Shown in pieces: positions 26,181-37,567 of a DNA stretch of 55,132 bases (positions are counted from its first letter, which is position 1; the number at the start of each line of letters is the position of its first letter). The stretch is from Thelocarpon superellum (taxonomy: Eukaryota): contig JAPEUG010000001.1 in assembly GCA_026025795.1 (NCBI GenBank), positions 124,001 to 179,132 on the forward strand, given 5' to 3'. A program made the position numbers and the translations under genes. Below the pieces are notes generated by a model. That model searched no databases, had not been told where the DNA came from, and saw only the letters and a program-made list of their open reading frames with translations.

Positions 26181-27157
26181 CTAGATCATAATTCTCGTGA
26201 GGCTGATATCTACTATGTCAGCTATCGGCTATCGGCCCGAGGCCGGAGAGGTGTTGTTGATGCAGCTGCTTCCATCACCAGCTTACCCCCTTTGCCCACT
26301 GGGAAAGCCAATCCCGACCAAGATTGCAGGCTCGTCGATGCTATGATGCTGGTAGCTGGAGGGATGTTAACGACCAGACCTCGCAGGCGATGATGAGGAT
26401 TGGTCCTGACCTTAGGACCCCAATGCCTCCAGGCTCGAGCATCATTGAGAGGGGAAAGTCCAGAGGGTATCTGAGCCAGCGCTTGACAAAGGCTCGAAGG
26501 AGATGACCGTGTGCCACGAGGACGACATCACAAAGCTTTTCTCCGTGCATATTCGGCGCCTGTATAGCATGAATCTCTTGGATGAGGCTGTCGAGCCGAC
26601 ACGTCACCTGTTGAGACGTCCTGTGGTGCTTGAGCAGGAAACACACATGCTTTGTAGAGCAGGGAGGTGGCGTACTCTCCACCCTCACACCCATCTCTCC
26701 AGATGTCCCACGGCGTCTCTTGATCCAGACCGTGTTCCTTCCTCAGGGCACGGATCTCCCTGGTCGAGAGCCCTTCGTATAGACCATAATCCCATTCGGC
26801 CAGCCTCTTCGTCGTTGAGATCTTCTGAGCCGCCTGTAGGCTCTGCTTGTCGTTCTCCTCGAAAAGGATGTCGAAGGTCATCTGCGCCCGCTTGCGCGGG
26901 CTGATGAAGACATGGGCAAGCTTCGTGGGGTCTATGAGCTTGCCGGTGCCGATGATGACCGTGCCAGAGCCTTTCACTTGTTTCACCCCATCGGCTGTAA
27001 GCTCGAGTTCCGTGGTGCCGGTGTAACGGCCATTCTTTGTCCATTCCGTCTCGCCTGATGTGAGGCAGCGTTAGCTCCTGGAGGCCATCCACTTGGAGCG
27101 CCTCGTACCATGACGGGCTATGTAAACTCGGGGGGTTGAGGCGTCCTTATCTGCCAT
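26181..27157 (-). CDS. SHB17: Histidine phosphatase / phosphoglycerate mutase family, sedoheptulose-1,7-bisphosphatase-like
   Basis: MADKDASTPRVYIARHG|ETEWTKNGRYTG, SPRKRA, LAEWDYGLYEG, WDIWRDGCEGGE, DVVLVAHGHLLR. 3' end is 26222 if the last intron is retained, 26181 if spliced. Confidence 0.88.
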
Positions 27158-27377
27158 CTTCGAATGGAAGGGGCAGATTTTGGACACTTTGACGGATTCT
27201 AAAATATTCAGCTCGACCTAGAATTGAGACCCGTGCGTGCATATCTTCCCCCAGAAACCACAAGAATGACGAAATGAAAATGGTAATATTTTATTCATTT
27301 GAACGGATATCATACTCCTGTAGGAATCAGAGCTGAATTGCTAGTCTACGCGTGTCTGGGATAGTAATAGGAGTGGC

Positions 27378-27396
27378 CACGTGACCAGATCACGTG
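27378..27396. promoter_or_regulatory. Paired E-box CACGTGAC-N3-ATCACGTG (copy 2)
   Basis: CACGTGACCAGATCACGTG about 220 bp upstream of the SHB17 ATG. Confidence 0.5.
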
Positions 27397-28732
27397 CGCG
27401 CTTCTACACATGGAACTTTTCGAGCTTCGCGTTCTATGTGCGGAGCGATGCGCAGGGAAGAGGAATATGGACTGCAGAGAGCGAGGCTACACGAGGACGG
27501 CCTGTGTCTAGATGCAGAGGCTGCTGTTGCACGCCTGCACACTCTGCTTTACCTCATCACCATGGGGCATTCCGAGGTGCCGTGCAAAGGTGCAAGCCAC
27601 TGCTCCTGTGGCCGTTGTGCTGCTGCTGTGGCCCGGAGATCACATTGAGCAAGGGCCGCGATGATTGCTGCACACCACCAATGGTTGGCTCCATTCACTT
27701 CGAGCACGTACTTGGACACTTCCGTCCAGGCATCTTCTTCCGACGTCAGGGACACGCGGGGCGGCATGCATCCTTGACGCGACTCGGCAAGCCGGCTCAA
27801 CGTCCCACGATGTCGAACCTCCACAAAGCAGCGGCCAAGCCGGGCGCTTGTACAGCAACCCCGTGCGATGGTCACAGCGCGGGGTGGAGTCTCAGGGAAA
27901 GACTGCAGCCGGACGACTCCGTTCGTGCGCCGGAGAATGACCGCACTCCCGGAGCCCCGCAACGTGAGTCCCCGGCATAAGTGACTCCCGTCGCCGACAT
28001 GCATTCCCTGGCATGTTCCCGAGTACGTAAGAGCACATTTCAATACCGACTCGTTCCGATCGTGGCGGGCGCATCTTAGGGGGGGCTGCGCACTCAGCGC
28101 TAGGAACTACTCTTGCGGGCTCTGAAGGCTTGGGAAGATTGAGCCTGAGGGGCCCCGCTTGGCATACACTTGGGAACCGTCCCGGCAGCAGGAACGCCGG
28201 TGGACCCGGACGGGGAGACTACAAGAGTCCCAAGGTGGCAATCCGATGGCTCTTGGTGAGGTGCAATCTTCGGTACCTGTGACCACTGTACGGGGTCCAT
28301 CTCGACGGGGAAATATCGTGTAGTAGACTGCCGCGTTATCGTTGAGGGCGCACGAGTCTTCTCTGCCCGAGCCATCTGTACGTTTTGCGGCAGGCTCGAC
28401 CAAAGAAGACGTGATGGTGGGGACCCCAGTGCCACTGGGGTGTCAACGACTAGGGTACGGACGACGCCAGGGTGAAAACGGGACATCTCATTCCAATTGC
28501 GCTAGCTCTCACGAACAGGAGGGTCCCCTCTCTGAAGTAGCTGCCATACCTCTGGGCGCGGAGACCCGTCGTTGGTGAAAGCACCCCGAGGCTGGTGCCG
28601 TAGTGAGGAACGTCGTGCTCGGTTTGCACCGAGGTCAAGCGAAGCTGTAGACCTCACCGAACTTTGCATCGTCACGGAGGTAAGGCTCGCCAGCTCGACG
28701 AGATCCACGCCACTCATGCATGTGCCCACGCC

Positions 28733-30261
28733 ATGGCAGATTCGGACGGAGAGTACGTGGAGGAGCGGTCGGACGACGAGCCCCGTGGCCAGCAGCTGAC
28801 GCGCGCCACTGGGCCCGGCACACGGTCGGTGGGCCGTGGCGCTGCCCCAGGCGCGCAGCCCAAGGCGCGATGGGAGGACATTCAGCGCAGCTGGGACAAT
28901 GTGCTCGAGGGAGCGGATGGAAGCATCAGCAGCGCTGTGGCAGGTTTGCTCGAGGCGGGCAAGAGGAAGCGGTGAGTCTCATGCCGGTCCACCCCGGCGG
29001 CGGGGCTGATGCCGTCTCGCACAGCTTGCTCCGCGATACCACCCCGCTGCAGCGAGGCATCATACGGCACCTGATCTTGGTCTTGGATCTCAGCACGGCT
29101 ATGCTGGAGAAAGACCTCCGGCCTACGCGATATCTGCTCACGATCCGGTATGCGCAAGAATTTGTGACGGAGTTCTTTGAGCAGAATCCCATCTCCCAGC
29201 TCGGGGTCATCGGCATGCGCGATGGCTTGGCCGTGCGGATCAGCGACATGAGCGGGAACCCCGCCGACCACATCGCTGCGATTCAGGTGCTCAGGATACA
29301 GGAAGCGACAGGCCAACCCAGCCTGCAGAATGCGTTGGACATGTGTCGCGCCGCGCTGTATCATGCTCCCTCACATGGCACCCGCGAGGTGGTCGTGGTG
29401 TTCGGCGCCCTGCTGTCCTCCGACCCCGGCGACATCCACCACACCATCCAGGCCCTTGTGACGGACAAGATCCGTGTGGGCGTGGTGGGACTGGCGGCGC
29501 AGGTGGCCATTTGCCGCGAGCTGGTCGTCAAGACCAACGGCGGTGATGAGTGTACGTGAGCGTGGTGATCTGCCGCGAGGCCACTGGCTGATCCTCCTGC
29601 AGCTGCCTACGGCGTCGCCCTGGATGAGCAGCACTTCCGCGAACTGCTGATGGAGTCGACGACTCCGCCGGTGACGCACATGATGGAACAGTCTGCCTCA
29701 TCGCTCCTCATGATGGGCTTTCCTTCTCGTATCGTAGAGACGAAAGCTTCCTTCTGTGCCTGCCACTCCAAGATGACCCGGGGTGGCTATCTCTGCTCTC
29801 GATGCTCCTCCAAGGTCTGCTCGCTGCCGACAGAATGTCCTGCGTGTGGACTGACTCTCATTTTGTCCACCCATCTTGCTCGATCTTACCATCATCTCTT
29901 CCCGCTCAAGAACTGGGTTGAGGTGCCATGGAAGCGAGCCGGGCGATCGACTGCTTGCTTCGGCTGTCAGACGCCGTTCCCTGCCGTGCCGACGGATCAG
30001 ACGTTGGCGGCCAAGGAAGCGGCGGCCAAGGCCACGTCGGGGACGAGTCCGAGCTCAAGATACGAGTGCACGGTCTGCCGAAATCACTTCTGCATCGACT
30101 GCGACGTCTTTTCTCATGAGGTCGTCCATAATTGTCCGGGATGTCAAAGCATTGCGTGGCCGGAGCAGGAGACGGACGGGGCGAACGAAGGCGTCAGTGC
30201 GGAGCAGGCCAATGGTCATTCCCAGGCACATGAGCCGGCAGATAGAATGGAGATTGGCTAG
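28733..30261 (+). CDS. SSL1: TFIIH subunit Ssl1/p44 (vWA + Zn-finger domains)
   Basis: MADSDGEY, RWEDIQRSWD, LRDTTPLQRGIIRH, EFFEQNPISQLG, PSLQNAL, CACH..CSRC..CPAC, LARSYHHLFPL, FCIDCD..HNCPGC. Two introns. Confidence 0.96.
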
Positions 30262-30441
30262 GAAGGAGCCATGGGAGACCTCCATGACCTGCTGTAGATA
30301 CCTCTACGGAGAGTTGTCGCCCAAGTATCTCAAGGGATCTCCGGGGAAAGCGTGATTATGTAAGCAAGACCGTCAGCTTGACCTTGAGGACCGCAACCTG
30401 TGCTTCAGAGAAATGACAACGTCCTCCATGTACCGATCAAG

Positions 30442-31265
30442 ATGCTTCAACTATTATCCTTGTTGTTGCTCGTCCCCCTCAGCATCTCTGCCGCCTCCCT
30501 CGCCTTCGTCACGCCTCCCAACATTGCCCCTTCCCTTCCCCCATCGACGGTCGCGCAACTTCGCACACTTCACCACCATTATACAGCCCCACTCGACCGG
30601 TCCGGACACTTCACCTTCCGGAATGTGAGCGCGGGCTCCTATCTACTCTCTGTCTACAGCCAACCCTATGTCTGGACGCCGCTGCGGATAGACGTCGGTG
30701 ATGGCGTGGACGCGACGAGTGAGCTCGGGCGGGTCAAGGTGTACCAGACCGTGCCGGGAATCGAATGGGACAACAAGGGCGTGGAGCTTGCGCAGAGGCC
30801 TATCGAACTACAACTCGCTGGCAAGAAGAACTTTTACACCAAACGGGAAGGATGTTCGTTGCTTCGCGACTAGGACATCGGCGGCACGAGCTAACTCAAC
30901 GACAGTCTCGCCCATGAGCTTCCTGAAAAATCCGATGATCTTGCTGGCCGTGGTCAGCATGGGCATCATGTTTGGCATGCCTTATTTGATCGATAACAGT
31001 ACGTGTTTTCCTCACTCCAGATAACTCCAGATACAGTGGACGGATCCTGATCGGGGTGTGGATAGTGGACCCGGAGATGCGGGCTGAGTTCGAGGAACAA
31101 TCCAAGAAGAGTCCCTTGACCGGTGGTCCAGCAGCAACCAACCCGCTCAAGGACTTTGACATGGCGGCGTGGATGGCGGGTACACCAGCCGCGTCCAGCA
31201 GTGGATCGAGCAAAAAGGTCGAGGTAGGGAAAGCACGGGAGGGGGGGTCGAAGAGAAAGGCTTGA
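30442..31265 (+). CDS. EMC7: ER membrane protein complex subunit 7 (DUF2012)
   Basis: Signal peptide, FTFRNVSAGSYLLSV, YTKREG|FSPMSFLKNPMILLAVV TM segment, LIDN|MDPEMRAEFEE, FDMAAWMAG, basic tail. Two introns. Confidence 0.88.
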
Positions 31266-32079
31266 TGGGGATGGTGTAGATATTTCCGGACTTTCAGTAT
31301 CCTCTCCTAGTAGGACATCTAGGGAAGCTCAGAGCTTCGCCATGACACCAAAGAGTGGAGTTAGAGTGACGGAGAAGTCCGTAGTCTTAGAACAGCGCCG
31401 GCGGCAAATTACTGTGGATGCATCTGCCGATCTCGCAGTCCATTTGGTCTCAATTTGAGCCAAAACCGGATTCTGAAAAGACAATGCGAGAACCAAAAGA
31501 CCAAGCAGCTGAAGGCTGAGATCGAATGGCCAGTGAATTGGCATCTGCCTGAGCATAAACCTACAGAACACGTGCGCGGGGGGTTGGGTCAGCGCCGTAT
31601 ACTTCGGACGTGGTCACGGATGACGACAGGCCGACGATGAACAGAATGTACGAGAAGTTACGTGGACATGGAACCTCGGTGCGCGACGCAGAGCCCTCGG
31701 CATATCGAAATACCGGTGGCTTGTGTCAAGCTGGCTTGAGGCGGTGCATCGACATCAGCCACACGAATGACGAATCATAGCCGAGCGCCCATCGGCGAGC
31801 GGCCGAGGGTCACCCGTCTTCGCCTCCGGTGCGATTTTGCGTACTTATGGGGAAGTAAATGCCGTGGGCAACCCCGTGGCACTGACAGCCTGACTACGGG
31901 TAGCTTGACGATAAGCTATAAATTGCGGTTCTGCAGAACCCCTCATCTGCGTCCCTCCACCCTCTCGACTCGTATCTACCTCACCTCCTCACGCCATCGA
32001 TTCCTCACCTCCACCTCTCTTGTTCATGCTCGACGCACCCTCTCTCTAGACCGAGTGGTTTAACTCACGGGGATCTGCC

Positions 32080-33148
32080 ATGGCAGACGCCTTCGCCCCC
32101 CCATCCGGGCCCCCGCCGCCCAAGGTGCCCGAGGGCTGGAAAGCACAATACAACGATGAATACAAGGAATGGTCAGCAGTGATCTACCTCGGTTGATGAC
32201 GACGACTAACTCTCGAGCAGGTTCTACGTCAACATCTACACGAAGAAGTCGCAGTGGGACAAGCCGACCGAGCCCGTCTACCCGCCTGCGGAGGCCAACG
32301 CCCCTGACGGCCCACCACCAAGCTATCTCGCTCCGTCATCGACGGCAGCAGCTACGAGCGACCGAAAAGATGGAACCCTAAGCTCGAACAATCCGTTCCA
32401 GCCGTCGCCGTCGCCGAGCCTTGATGAGGACGCGAAGCTCGCCGCTCGTCTCCAAGCGGAAGAAGAGGAGAATGCACGGAGCGCGGGAGAGTCAAGCAGC
32501 AGGCAACAGGCTCCCTATGGCCAACAGCAAGCTCCCTATGGGCAGCAGCAGACGCCCTACGGCCAAACGGGTTCGCCCACGCCCTACGGACAACAGGAGC
32601 TCCCCCCACGCCCGCAAGATCGTGGAGCCAGGGGAGGCTTCTTGAGCAAGCTCCTTGGCAAACATCCACAATCCGGGCCGCAGGTGCCGCACGGTCAAGC
32701 CTACCCCCAACAAGGCTACGGCCAAGGCGGATACGGGTACCAGCAACAGCAGCCCGGATACGGATACGGCCCCCCACAACCCGGCTACGGAGGGCCTGGG
32801 TACGGTCCCACCCCTGGGGGATACTACGGCGGTGGAGGAGGATACGGACCACCGGCAGCAGCACCGCAGAAGACGGGCGGAATGGGAACTGCGGGCGCGG
32901 CCGCTCTCGGCGTCGGCGGTGGTCTATTGGGTGGGGTCCTCATTGGCGAAGCGCTGGAAAACCACGACCAGAACGAGTATAACCAGGGCTACCAACAAGG
33001 GGACCAGCAGGGATACCAACAAGGGCAAGATAACGGGGGTGGTTATGACAACGGCGGAGGTTATGACAATGGAGGAGGTTATGACAACGGCGGAGGAGAT
33101 TATGACGGAGGGGGAGGCGACTTTGATGGCGGCGGCGGTGGTTTCTGA
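32080..33148 (+). CDS. WWM1: WW-domain, Gly/Tyr/Gln-rich protein (Wwm1-like)
   Basis: PPPPKVPEGWKAQYNDEYKEW|FYVNIYTKKSQWDKP WW domain (intron 32172-32220), DEDAKLAARLQAEE, GVGGGLLGG, GGYDN repeats. TATAAAT at 31917. Confidence 0.8.
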
Positions 33149-33320
33149 GCGTGACTCGACCGGGTACCTACAGCGGTCAGTGAGAGAGAGAGAGAGAGGG
33201 AGGGACTGGATAGAGCAAGTGAGCAAGCGGGAGTTGCATAGCTTGAATAGGCAGATTCCAGCAGGATCCAGAATGGCGGAATGAAGCAATGAACAAGCCA
33301 AGCAGATGGAGTGAGATCTA

Positions 33321-33450
33321 TCGAGTCAGAGCAAGTCAGAGCAAGTCAGAGCAAGTCAGAGCGAGTCAGAGCAAGTCAGAGCAAGTCAGAGCAAGTCAGA
33401 GCAAGTCAGAGCAAGTCAGAGCAAGTCAGAGCAAGTCAGAGCAAGTCAGA
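33321..33450 (+). repeat. 10-bp minisatellite (GCAAGTCAGA) x13
   Basis: Eleven exact units plus two variants (TCGAGTCAGA, GCGAGTCAGA). A (GA)n tract lies nearby at 33182-33198. Confidence 0.97.
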
Positions 33451-33682
33451 GCAGAGAGAGCAAGGCACGATCCATAGATCCACCAGTACCAGAATGGAGG
33501 CACAACACAACCAGTTCACTCGCTGGCTGTATAATAAATCAAGGATCCAAATGATCGCAATCCAATGCAATGCAAGCGCCCACGAGACCAGCCCCGGATT
33601 GAGCAATTGATCAAGCAAGCCAGCAAGCTAGTACGCCACGCGCCCTCTCCCTCTCTCACTTCCTCCAACTCTCCACACTTCT

Positions 33683-34080
33683 TCACTCTCCTGCTCCTCC
33701 CCCACGTGTCCGATTCGGATCGAGCTGCCCCTCGCCCCTCCACGGCCGCCTGGCAGGGCGCTCCCCGCTGCGCTTGGCGACTCTCGACCCGACGACGTGG
33801 TCGCGAGAACGAGCAACACCTTCACCTGCACCTCGAGACGGGGGCAAGAGGGAGGGTTGGGGCGAATAGCGCGGCGAGGCAGCGGGCGGCGGAGGAGGCG
33901 GCCGAGGCAAGTGGCGCGGCGAGGGCGGAGGAGAGTAGAGGAGAGGATGGCGGAACATGTCCGAGTCGTCAGAGGAGGAGGAGGAGCTGTCCTCTTCGTA
34001 GTATTCTTCGTCGTAGCTGTAGCCCGGCCCGCCGTAGGCTTCTTCGTCCTCTTCGTACGGCGCCTCTTGCATGTCTGTGT

Positions 34081-34117
<37 letters not shown>

Positions 34118-36711
34118 CTCGTCTTCCGTGTCTGAGGCGGGCGCGGCGGCGGGACCCTGCGCTAGAGAAGCCCGGAGCAAACGTAGTTGCTGGAAGGGCT
34201 GCGCGTCTGCTTGGGCCTGTGCTTGCGCCACGGCCCGCGCCGACCCGAACCGCAGAATCTCCTGTTCCTGCGGCTGCGGTTGCGGCTGCGGTTGCGGCTG
34301 CGGCTCTGCCTCGCGCGCTACGTCGATAGGCCGCGGCTGCCCCGGGAGCCCAAACCGCTCGTAGTACGGGTGGCTCTGCAGCTCCATGGGGAGCTCTGCT
34401 GCTGTGCCCTTTCCCGTGCCCGCTCCCGTTGCATTCCCGGGCCCCGGCGCTGCTGTGTTCTGTATATTCAGTAGGATGCCCGCCGCGAGCTCCTGTTCGT
34501 GGTCGTCGGCTGCAGAGCCCTGCTCCTGCGCCTGTTCGGCCGGTCCTCCGGCCCACGGTGGCTTTGGTCCTCGTGGATTCCCGTCGTCCGAGGGCGAGTC
34601 TGAGAGGGCGGCATTATGGAAGTATTTGACCCGGCCTCCATCATCGGGCCGTCCGAGGACCGGAGGAGGCGCGACGCCGGCGCCGGGCTGCGCCGCTCCA
34701 GTTTCTCCTTCTCCCTCTCCCTCTCCCTTTCCCTCGTCACCTCCACGCGCCTCGAGTGTAGTCGGCGCAGGTTGGTCGGGCACCGGGGCAGGCTCTGTCG
34801 GGTCGGGAGCCACGCCTGCGGTCTCCTGCAGTGCGGTGGGTCTCTCGTCGTTCCAGGTCTTGGGCTGGTGCCCCATAAACCACGGGTAGGTCACGAGGGC
34901 CTCCAGGTACGGCCGATCGGCCTCCTGAGGCCGGAGCATGGCCGTCAGCACCTCCTTACATTCTTGGGAGAGATCCCCGCGCATCTGCAATGGTTTGTGC
35001 GTCATGTGGTAGCGGCGCGCCTCGCGAAGGCTCAACATCTCCGACGTGACCGTGGCTGTGTTGAGGGCGAAGTTGAGGGACAAATCTGGCCTCTCATAGT
35101 CCGCCCAAGGCGAACTGCCGTGTAACAGCTCGAAGACGAGGACGCCGAATCTCCAAGTTTGCTCGAGCCGCATGTCCTGCTCACAAAAGACCGTCAACCT
35201 ACTTTTGGGATCACTTTGCTTGGTCAAATGTTGCTGCTGCGCAACTGCCCGGAAGACTCCCGGCGCGGTCATATGCTCGGTCCAAAAGTTCGCCATGGCC
35301 TGGTAAGCCTTGCAATCTTCCGTCTTCATCATGATGAAGACTTGGTCGAGGTCGATCAACTTGGCCTAGATCAGGTCAGATACACGTCAGTTGCCATCGA
35401 GCAGAGGCCGAGTGGTCGCGAAGACCCCGAATATACACTCACACCGTGCCTCACTGGGTCCACCATGTAGTTCCGGTGACTCAGGTCCCGTTGAATCATG
35501 TTGTGATCCCTGAGGTCCACCAACCCGCCGAGGAGCTGCCGGGCTATTCTCCGCACACTCGCCTCAAAATAGTGAGGATGCTTTCCGGGGATGAGGCACT
35601 CGCCGTTGATGCTCGAGATTTTGTAACGAGTGTTACTCCAATCGCGTTGCTCCGGCAGCGCATCATACTGGTGCGGATTTACCACCCCGAGCAGCTCCAT
35701 CACAATATAGCTGATCGGTCCGTGCTGATAGGCCGCGTAGGTGCGGCCGATGTGCTTGGAGCGGCGTAAGAACCAGCCGTGAATGGCCTCGCGAGACACG
35801 ACTTGGTCTTCGTTGGGGGGGATTCCAAGAGCGACCGTGACCAGGGAGGTACCTTCCTGGCTTCGATCTCTCTCTGCTGCCATCACCTTGACCGCGTAGT
35901 GGCGTGGTCGGCGTCCCGCACGGGGCCGGCGTTCCCGAGCGGCGAGAACGGTGCCAAAGGCTGAAGCACGCATGGGTCAGACGTGCCAAGGGTCCAGCAG
36001 CGGGAATCAAGAAGAGGGCGTCAAGGTGAACTTACTGCCTTCGCCGAGGAAACCATATACCTGGAGCTCTTCCAGGACGCATTTGCACTTGTAGTCATCA
36101 ACCAGCTTCAAGAAGGCGCTGGCTCTAGGACTGTTCTTAGCAGTCTCAACGGCCTCCCAGGACGGCTTGTCGCTATCCGCGCATCTGCAGCGAAAGAGCC
36201 GCGCTTTTGCTTCAGCCGAGTCGACCCGAGGGAAGAGGGCGAGCTGTCTAGGGTCGGCGTTAGCCCAGAGATATTGCATCTCCTTCCACGGGACCCAGCT
36301 AGCCTGCCGTAGCCCTCGTTCCGTCAGAAATGGACTCATCGGCGGGAGGAACTGGGGTCCCTGCGCTCGGTTCGTTGGTGGCGGAGAGGGGCCCATGGGC
36401 GGGTGGTCCTGCGTGGCGGATTGCGATGGCGGAACGAATTCCCCAGGGCTCTCATAATCCGGAAGGCTAGAAGAGTTTGTGCTCTTCTCCCCCGAACTAT
36501 CCAGCGCTGCCAGAGCTTCCTGAGCTAACTGTGCTGCCACCGCTTCCTGGGATGCCTGATCTTCCTGGACTATCGGAGCCACCAGGGTAGCCGGGCCAGC
36601 CGGGCCAACAGCAGCAAGCGCGGGAGTATCGGTTGGGAGAGGTACTTGGTGTGGGAGGAACTGATCAGATTGTTGGGCAGATGGTTCCTGGGACGGCGTT
36701 CGGGGCGCCAT
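33683..36711 (-). CDS. Divergent Ser/Thr protein kinase-like protein with low-complexity flanks (~958 aa)
   Basis: Exons 36711-36036, 35960-35443 and 35365-33683 splice in frame. Motifs: LGEGTFG, YAVK, YIVME, QRDLSHRN, KLIDLD, TWRFGVLVFELLHGSSPW, DRP..YPWF. Confidence 0.8.
34081..34112 (+). repeat. (CGG)10 trinucleotide repeat encoding poly-Ala in the kinase tail
   Basis: Read directly. An adjacent hexamer repeat at about 34268-34303 encodes (PQ)n. Confidence 0.9.
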
Positions 36712-37567
36712 GATGGTGGGAAACGCTACACCCTAAGGGAGGAGAGCACAGGTGATGAGACGAGTCGAGATCAGCCGGAAGGAAGGAAGTGAGACGGGAC
36801 GGATGAAGACGAGGATGAGACTGTGGATGCCGGAAGGGTCTTGGATGAGCCCAAGGGGGACGAAACGGTAGGAGATGGCAGGGTAGCGCCCGAGACTGTC
36901 TGAGTTGGAGAAGAACCACCATGGAGGGAGAGATAGAGACCATTATATAGGCGCCCGGCGTCCTGCAGCACTCACGCATCTTGCCTTCACGTCGTCGGAC
37001 ACAATGGGCGGATCCAGTCCGTAGATTATTGTCTGGAGGGATGGCACAAAGGGAAGCGGCGTCAATGGCTTGGTGTGAATCGGGGCCGGACAAAGAGAAC
37101 AACAAGCCTTGGTGTCATACTTATACTCATCCTCAATGTCTTTGTCTGGGGCGCGTGAGTGAATCGTCATACCATCCCGCACAAAGACATTCTTGATGCC
37201 GACACCCTTCAAGGTTTAGATTCTCGTGCCATTCAGACATAAAAGACACACAGCATCAGGCTGTCTCACAAATACACAGCTCAAATGGTCGTTGAATCTC
37301 TGACGCAGTGGCTCATTATGTGAATCGTACAGAAATGGAAAGGGTCAAAGACAAATGCTATTGGCGCGATAGGATCTCCCATGCTTGCGGGGAAGCTCGG
37401 AGAGGCTGGGAGATGTGGCGGTGGTTGGAGGTTGGGAGCGAGAGTGAAGGTGAAGATGAGATCGAAGGAATGATCGCTAGCGACGGGAAAATGACAGCAA
37501 GACAGACGCAGAAAGGAGGCTCCGGGGCGAGACATGGTCACCCATACACGCCAGTCGATCACGCACA

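Noticed and set aside
27381..28640. Several 100-200 aa ORFs between SHB17 and SSL1
   Set aside because: No family motifs or consistent exon structure; an orphan or decayed gene cannot be excluded.
33321..33450. CRISPR-like array
   Set aside because: Head-to-tail repeats with no spacers, in eukaryotic DNA.
33289..33610. ORFs with repeating EQVRASQSKS peptide
   Set aside because: Translation artefact of the 10-bp minisatellite.
36943..37212. 89-aa minus-strand ORF between EDE1 and the kinase
   Set aside because: Non-ATG start, no motif, overlaps the presumed kinase promoter (TATATAA near 36945).
37281..37567. ORF-track C-terminal extension of EDE1
   Set aside because: Results from reading through the last intron; the spliced gene stops at 37568.
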